Shown here piece after piece: positions 55,701-64,000 of a stretch of DNA of 64,000 nt. Source of the DNA: Gordius albopunctatus (taxonomy: Eukaryota); NCBI GenBank assembly GCA_964276515.1, contig OZ193910.1, positions 6,448,001-6,512,000 of the forward strand. Reading direction: 5' to 3'. The notes beneath the pieces are model-generated. The model saw only the letters and a program-made list of their open reading frames with translations, did not search any database and was not told the origin of the DNA. Each line of letters begins with the position of its first letter. The stretch's first letter is position 1. The position numbers and the translations under genes were made by a program.

Positions 55701-58700
55701 TATACAGCTCGAAACAGTTTCATTATCGCGTTCTCGGTTTACTTACTCCCTTTCAGACACCACTACGCCAATTCCGTTGAGGGCGGACACCTAGCATTCT
55801 GCCCGACGCAAAATACTCTAAAATCCCTAAATCTCCTATAAAATGGCGCCTAGAATTAAAAATTAATTCACAAATGTATTCCTACGGCGTCCCCTATGTG
55901 CTAAGGATCGCCCCTGATCGTAACTGAATTCAAAAAAATATTTAAAAAGGTTACAACACCCGGGATTCCCAAGCGGTCACCCATCCAAGTACTAACCGGG
56001 CTCAACGTTGCTTAACTTCGGTGTTCGGAAGGGAACCGGTGTTTTCAACGTGATATGGTCGTAACCGTAGATGCAAAGCGAAAATTGTGCTTATAAATCA
56101 GGCAAGATTCTTACTTTTTTATTTCCCACCCATATTTTATCACTTAAAATTGACGCGAGAGCATCGAAATTTGTGTATTTTGTCGTAATCGATGACGCAA
56201 TACGTAAAATATTTAACTTTTTGATTGTTGGTAGTAATTATACAGCTCGAAACAGTTTCATTATCGCGTTCCAGATTTACTTACTCCCTTTCAGACGCCA
56301 CTACGCCAATTCCGTTGAGGACGGACACCTAGCATTCTGCCCGACGCAAAATACTCTAAAATCCCTAAATCTCCTATATAATGGCGCCTAGAATTAAAAA
56401 TTAATTCACAAATGTATTCCTACGGCGTCCGCTGTGTGCTAAGGATCGCCCCTGATCGTAACTGGATTCAAAAAAATATTTAAAAAGGTTACAACACCCG
56501 GGATTCCCAAGCGGTCACCCATCCAAGTACTAACCGGGCTCAACGTTGCTTGACTTCGGTGTTCGGAAGGGAACCGGTGTTTTCAACGAGATATGGTCGT
56601 AACCGTAGATTTAAAGCGAAAATTGTGCTTATAAATCAATCAAGATTCTTACTTTTTTATTTCCCATCCATATTTTATCACTTAAAATTGACGCGAGAGC
56701 ATCGAAATTTGTGTATTTTGTCGTAATCGATGACGCAATACGTAAAATATTTAACTTTTTGATTGTTGGTAGTAATTATACAGCTCGAAACAGTTTCATT
56801 ATCGCGTTCCAGATTTACTTACTCCCTTTCAGACGCCACTACGCCAATTCCGTTGAAGACGGACACCTAGCATTCTGCCCGACGCAAAATACTCTAAAAT
56901 CCCTAAATCTCCTATATAATGGCGCCTAGAATTAAAAATTAATTCACAAATGTATTCCTACGGCGTCCGCTGTGTGCTAAGGATCGCCCCTGATCGTAAC
57001 TGGATTCAAAAAAATATTTAAAAAGGTTACAACACCCGGGATTCCCAAGCGGTCACCCATCCAAGTACTAACCGGGCTCAACGTTGCTTAACTTCGGTGT
57101 TCGGAAGGGAACCGGTGTTTTCAACGTGATATGGTCGTAACCGTAGATTTAAAGCGAAAATTGTGCTTATAAATCAGGCAAGATTCTTACTTTTTTATTT
57201 CCCACCCATATTTTATCACTTAAAATTTACGCGAGAGCATCGAAATGTGTGTATTTTGTCGTAATCGATGACGCATTACGTGGAATATTTAACTTTTTGA
57301 TTGTTGGTAGTAATTATACAACTCGAAACAGTTTCATTATCGCGTTCTCGATTTACTTACTCCCTTTCAGACGCTATACGCCAATTCCGTTGAGGACGGA
57401 CACCTAGCATTCTGCCCGACGCAAAATACTCTAAAATCCCTAAATCTCCTATAAAATGGCGCCTAGAATTAAAAATTAATTCACAAATGTATTCCTACGG
57501 CGTCCCCTATGTGCTAAGGATCGCACTTGATCGTAACTGGATTCAAAAAAATATTTAAAAAGGTTACAACACACGGGATTCCCAAGCGGTCATCCATCCA
57601 AGTACTAACCGGGCTCAACGTTGCTTAACTTCGTTGTTCGGAAGGGAACCGGTGTTTTCAGCGTGATATGGTCGTAACCGTAGATTTAGAGCGAAAATTG
57701 TGCTTATAAATCAGGCAAGATTCTTACTTTTTTATTTCCCACCCATATTTTATCACTTAAAATTTACGCGAGAGCATCGAAATGTGTGTATTTTGTCGTA
57801 ATCGATGACGCATTACGTGGAATATTTAACTTTTTGATTGTTGGTAGTAATTATACAGCTCGAAACAGTTTCATTATCGCGTTTTCGGTTTACTTACTCC
57901 CTTTCAGACGCCACTACGCCAATTCCGTTGAGGGCGGACACCTAGCATTCTGCCCGACGCAAAATACTCTAAAATCCCTAAATCTCCCTTAAAATGCCGC
58001 CTAGAATTAAAAATTAATTCACAAATGTATTCCTACGGCGTCCCCTATGTGCTAAGGATCGCCCTTGATCGTAACTGGATTCAAAAAAATATTTAAAAAG
58101 GTTACAACACCCGGGATTCCCAAGCGGTCACCCATCCAAGTACTAACCGGGCTCAACGTTGCTTAACTTCGGTGTTCGGAAGGGAACCGGTGTTTTCAAC
58201 GTGATATGGTCGTAACCGTAGATTTAAAGCGAAAATTGTGCTTATAAATCAGGCAAGATTCTTACTTTTTTATTTCCCACCCATATTTTATCACTTAAAA
58301 TTTACGCGAGAGCATCGAAATGTGTGTATTTTGTCGTAATCGATGACGCATTACGTGGAATATTTAACTTTTTGATTGTTGGTAGTAATTATACAGCTCG
58401 AAACAGTTTCATTATCGCGTTCTCTGTTTACTTACTCCCTTTCAGACGCCACTACGCCAATTCCGTTGAGGGCGGACACCTAGCATTCTGCCCGACGCAA
58501 AATACTCTAAAATCACTAAATCTCCCTTAAAATGGCGCCTAGAATTAAAAATTAATTCACAAATGTATTCCTACGGCGTCCCCTATGTGCTAAGGATCGC
58601 CCTTGATCGTAACTGGATTCAAAAAAATATTTAAAAAGGTTACAACACCCGGGATTCCCAAGCGGTCACCCATCCAAGTACTAACCGGGCTCAACGTTGC

Positions 58701-61700
58701 TTAACTTCGGTGTTCGGAAGGGAACCGGTGTTTTCAACGTGATATGGTCGTAACCGTAGATTTAAAGCGAAAATTGTGCTTATAAATCAGCAACATTCTT
58801 ACTTTTTTATTTCCCACCCATATTTTATCACTTAAAATTTACGCGAGAGCATCGAAATGTGTGTATTTTGTCGTAATCGATGACGCATTACGTGGAATAT
58901 TTAACTTTTTGATTGTTGGTAGTAATTATACAACTCGAAACAGTTTCATTATCGCGTTCTCGATTTACTTACTCCCTTTCAGACGCTATACGCCAATTCC
59001 GTTGAGGACGGACACCTAGCATTCTGCCCGACGCAAAATACTCTAAAATCCCTAAATCTCCTATAAAATGGCGCCTAGAATTAAAAATTAATTCACAAAT
59101 GTATTCCTACGGCGTCCCCTATGTGCTAAGGATCGCCCTTGATCGTAACTGGATTCAAAAAAATATTTAAAAAGGTTACAACACCCGGGATTCCCAAGCG
59201 GTCACCCATCCAAGTACTAACCGGGCTCAACGTTGCTTAACTTCGGTGTTCGGAAGGGAACCGGTGTTTTCAACGTGATATGGTCGTAACCGTAGATTTA
59301 AAGCGAAAATTGTGCTTATAAATCAGGCAAGATTCTTACTTTTTTATTTCCCACCCATATTTTATCACTTAAAATTTACGCGAGAGCATCGAAATGTGTG
59401 TATTTTGTCGTAATCGATGACGCATTACGTGGAATATTTAACTTTTTGATTGTTGGTAGTAATTATACAACTCGAAACAGTTTCATTATCGCGTTCTCGA
59501 TTTACTTACTCCCTTTCAGACGCTATACGCCAATTCCGTTGAGGACGGACACCTAGCATTCTGCCCGACGCAAAATACTCTAAAATCCCTAAATCTCCTA
59601 TAAAATGGCGCCTAGAATTAAAAATTAATTCACAAATGTATTCCTACGGCGTCCCCTATGTGCTAAGGATCGCACTTGATCGTAACTGGATTAAAAATAT
59701 TTAAAAAGGTTACAACACACGGGATTCCCAAGCGGTCATCCATCCAAGTACTAACCGGGCTCAACGTTGCTTAACTTCGGTGTTCGGAAGGGAACCGGTG
59801 TTTTCAGCGTGATATGGTCGTAACCGTAGATTTAAAGCGAAAATTGTGCTTATAAATCAGGCAAGATTCTTACTTTTTTATTTCCCACCCATATTTTATC
59901 ACTTAAAATTGACGCGAGAGCATCGAAATTTGTGTATTTTGTCGTAATCGATGACGCAATACGTAAAATATTTAACTTTTTGATTGTTGGTAGTAATTAT
60001 ACAGCTCGAAACAGTTTCATTATCGCGTTCCAGATTTACTTACTCCCTTTCAGACGCCACTACGCCAATTCCGTTGAGGACGGACACCTAGCATTCAGCC
60101 CGACGCAAAATACTCTAAAATCCCTAAATCTCCTATATAATGGCGCCTAGAATTAAAAATTAATTCACAAATGTATTCCTACGGCGTCCGCTGTGTGCTA
60201 AGGATCGCCCCTGATCGTAACTGGATTCAAAAAAATATTTAAAAAGGTTACAACACCCGGGATTCCCAAGCGGTCACCCATCCAAGTACTAACCGGGCTC
60301 AACGTTGCTTGACTTCGGTGTTCGGAAGGGAACCGGTGTTTTCAACGAGATATGGTCGTAACCGTAGATTTAAAGCGAAAATTGTGCTTATAAATCAATC
60401 AAGATTCTTACTTTTTTATTTCCCATCCATATTTTATCACTTAAAATTGACGCGAGAGCATCGAAATTTGTGTATTTTGTCGTAATCGATGACGCAATAC
60501 GTAAAATATTTAACTTTTTGATTGTTGGTAGTAATTATACAGCTCGAAACAGTTTCATTATCGCGTTCCAGATTTACTTACTCCCTTTCAGACGCCACTA
60601 CGCCAATTCCGTTGAGGACGGACACCTAGCATTCTGCCCGACGCAAAATACTCTAAAATCCCTAAATCTCCTATATAATGGCGCCTAGAATTAAAAATTA
60701 ATTCACAAATGTATTCCTACGGCGTCCGCTGTGTGCTAAGGATCGCCCCTGATCGTAACTGGATTCAAAAAAATATTTAAAAAGGTTACAACACCCGGGA
60801 TTCCCAAGCGGTCACCCATCCAAGTACTAACCGGGCTCAACGTTGCTTAACTTCGGTGTTCGGAAGGGAACCGGTGTTTTCAACGTGATATGGTCGTAAC
60901 CGTAGATTTAAAGCGAAAATTGTGCTTATAAATCAGGCAAGATTCTTACTTTTTTATTTCCCACCCATATTTTATCACTTAAAATTTACGCGAGAGCATC
61001 GAAATGTGTGTATTTTGTCGTAATCGATGACGCATTACGTGGAATATTTAACTTTTTGATTGTTGGTAGTAATTATACAACTCGAAACAGTTTCATTATC
61101 GCGTTCTCGATTTACTTACTCCCTTTCAGACACCACTACGCCAATTCCGTTGAGGGCGGACACCTAGCATTCTGCCCGACGCAAAATACTCTAAAATCCC
61201 TAAATCTCCCTTAAAATGGCGCCTAGAATTAAAAATTAATTCACAAATGTATTCCTACGGCGTCCCCTATGTGCTAAGGATCGCCCTTGATCGTAACTGG
61301 ATTCAAAAAAATATTTAAAAAGGTTACAACACCCGGGATTCCCAAGCGGTCACCCATCCAAGTACTAACCGGGCTCAACGTTGCTTAACTTCGGTGTTCG
61401 GAAGGGAACCGGTGTTTTCAACGTGATATGGTCGTAACCGTAGATTTAAAGCGAAAATTGTGCTTATAAATCAGGCAAGATTCTTACTTTTTTATTTCCC
61501 ACCCATATTTTATCACTTAAAATTTACGCGAGAGCATCGAAATGTGTGTATTTTGTCGTAATAGATGACGCAATACGTGGAATATTTAACTTTTTGATTG
61601 TTGGTAGTAATTATACAGCTCGAAACAGTTTCATTATCGCGTTTTCGGTTTACTTACTCCCTTTCAGACGCTATACGCCAATTCCGTTGAGGACGGACAC

Positions 61701-63465
61701 CTAGCATTCTGCCCGACGCAAAATACTCTAAAATCCCTAAATCTCCTATAAAATGGCGCCTAGAATTAAAAATTAATTCACAAATGTATTCCTACGGCGT
61801 CCCCTATGTGCTAAGGATCGCCCCTGATCGTAACTGAATTCAAAAAAATATTTAAAAAGGTTACAACACCCGGGATTCCCAAGCGGTCACCCATCCAAGT
61901 ACTAACCGGGCTCAACGTTGCTTAACTTCGGTGTTCGGAAGGGAACCGGTGTTTTCAACGTGATATGGTAGACCGTAGATTTAAAGCGAAAATTGTGCTT
62001 ATAAATCAATCAAGATTCTTACTTTTTTATTTCCCATCCATATTTTATCACTTAAAATTGACGCGAGAGCATCGAAATTTGTGTATTTTGTCGTAATCGA
62101 TGACGCAATACGTAAAATATTTAACTTTTTGATTGTTGGTAGTAATTATACAGCTCGAAACAGTTTCATTATCGCGTTCCAGATTTACTTACTCCCTTTC
62201 AGACGCCACTACGCCAATTCCGTTGAAGACGGACACCTAGCATTCTGCCCGACGCAAAATACTCTAAAATCCCTAAATCTCCTATATAATGGCGCCTAGA
62301 ATTAAAAATTAATTCACAAATGTATTCCTACGGCGTCCGCTGTGTGCTAAGGATCGCCCCTGATCGTAACTGGATTCAAAAAAATATTTAAAAAGGTTAC
62401 AACACCCGGGATTCCCAAGCGGTCACCCATCCAAGTACTAACCGGGCTCAACGTTGCTTAACTTCGGTGTTCGGAAGGGAACCGGTGTTTTCAACGTGAT
62501 ATGGTCGTAACCGTAGATTTAAAGCGAAAATTGTGCTTATAAATCAGGCAAGATTCTTACTTTTTTATTTCCCACCCATATTTTATCACTTAAAATTTAC
62601 GCGAGAGCATCGAAATGTGTGTATTTTGTCGTAATCGATGACGCATTACGTGGAATATTTAACTTTTTGATTGTTGGTAGTAATTATACAGCTCGAAACA
62701 GTTTCATTATCGCGTTTTCGGTTTACTTACTCCCTTTCAGACGCTATACGCCAATTCCGTTGAGGACGGACACCTAGCATTCTGCCCGACGCAAAATACT
62801 CTAAAATCCCTAAATCTCCTATAAAATGGCGCCTAGAATTAAAAATTAATTCACAAATGTATTCCTACGGCGTCCCCTATGTGCTCAGGATCGCCCTTGA
62901 TCGTAACTGGATTCAAAAAAATATTTAAAAAGGTTACAACACCCGGGATTCCCAAGCGGTCACCCATCCAAGTACTAACCGGGCTCAACGTTGCTTAACT
63001 TCGGTGTTCGGAAGGGAACCGGTGTTTTCAACGTGATATGGTAGACCGTAGATTTAAAGCGAAAATTGTGCTTATAAATCAGGCAAGATTCTTACTTTTT
63101 TATTTCCCACCCATATTTTATCACTTAAAATTTACGCGAGAGCATCGAAATGTGTGTATTTTGTCGTAATCGATGACGCATTACGTGGAATATTTAACTT
63201 TTTGATTGTTGGTAGTAATTATACAACTCGAAACAGTTTCATTATCGCGTTTTCGGTTTACTTACTCACTTTCAGACGCTATACGCCAATTCCGTTGAGG
63301 ACGGACACCTAGCATTCTGCCCGACGCAAAATACTCTAAAATCCCTAAATCTCCTATAAAATGGCGCCTAGAATTAAAAATTAATTCACAAATGTATTCC
63401 TACGGCGTCCCCTATGTGCTAAGGATCGCCCTTGATCGTAACTGGATTCAAAAAAATATTTAAAA

Positions 63466-63584
63466 AGGTTACAACACCAGGGATTCCCAAGCGGTCACCC
63501 ATCCAAGTACTAACCGGGCTCAACGTTGCTTAACTTCGGTGTTCGGAAGGGAACCGGTGTTTTCAACGTGATATGGTCGTAACC
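63466..63584 (-). rRNA. 5S rRNA: 5S rRNA (last complete copy in window)
   Basis: Reverse complement of the 119-nt gene. Confidence 0.95.
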
Positions 63585-64000
63585 GTAGATTTAAAGCGAA
63601 AATTGTGCTTATAAATCAGGCAAGATTCTTACTTTTTTATTTCCCACCCATATTTTATCACTTAAAATTTACGCGAGAGCATCGAAATGTGTGTATTTTG
63701 TCGTAATCGATGACGCATTACGTGGAATATTTAACTTTTTGATTGTTGGTAGTAATTATACAGCTCGAAACAGTTTCATTATCGCGTTTTCGGTTTACTT
63801 ACTCCCTTTCAGACGCCACTACGCCAATTCCGTTGAGGGCGGACACCTAGCATTCTGCCCGACGCAAAATACTCTAAAATCCCTAAATCTCCCTTAAAAT
63901 GCCGCCTAGAATTAAAAATTAATTCACAAATGTATTCCTACGGCGTCCCCTATGTGCTAAGGATCGCCCTTGATCGTAACTGGATTCAAAAAAATATTTA

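Larger units (their letters stand above)
18555..64000 (-). repeat. 5S rDNA tandem array, right block (~80-85 units of ~521-579 bp, genes on -)
   Basis: Reverse complement of the same unit. First gene 18865-18983, last complete gene 63466-63584. Unit length varies with a +41 duplication and -14, -2 and -1/-2 deletions. Confidence 0.97.

Noticed and set aside
615..63897. Repeated 62-107 aa ORFs (MYFVVIDDA... family)
   Set aside because: They lie antisense in the AT-rich spacer, mostly start at GTG, and are frameshifted or truncated in many units. They show no recognisable domain, and their recurrence only reflects the DNA repeat.
1..64000. CRISPR-like or prokaryotic repeat system
   Set aside because: Spacers are near-identical rather than unique, there are no cas genes, and the repeated element is a eukaryotic Pol III 5S gene.
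1..64000. 5S-targeting or 5S-derived mobile element (Cassandra, SINE3, site-specific retrotransposon)
   Set aside because: No LTRs, target-site duplications, tails or foreign insertions were seen. Periodicity is unbroken apart from small indels and the gap.

Overview
The whole window is a eukaryotic (probably invertebrate animal) 5S rDNA tandem array, and no protein-coding gene is supported. The unit is about 537-538 bp: a 119-nt 5S rRNA gene with a Pol III type-1 internal promoter, an upstream TATAAG, a T5 plus T7 terminator, and a spacer of about 418 bp. About 34 genes lie on + (1-18354). After an exact 200-N gap (18355-18554), roughly 80-85 genes lie on - (hand estimate). All listed ORFs are translations of the repeated spacer. 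The most notable structure is an amplified gene variant (19 copies counted by eye, 22.6-49.7 kb) with a precise 41-nt tandem duplication of positions 68-108. That segment is the whole gamma-domain hairpin plus the intermediate element and box C, so the variant would give a 158-160-nt 5S with two gamma arms. Also present are a 5'-end-damaged variant (~30 copies), shortened terminators, a 14-bp spacer-deletion lineage, mosaic spacer haplotypes and higher-order repeats. All counts and alignments were made by eye.
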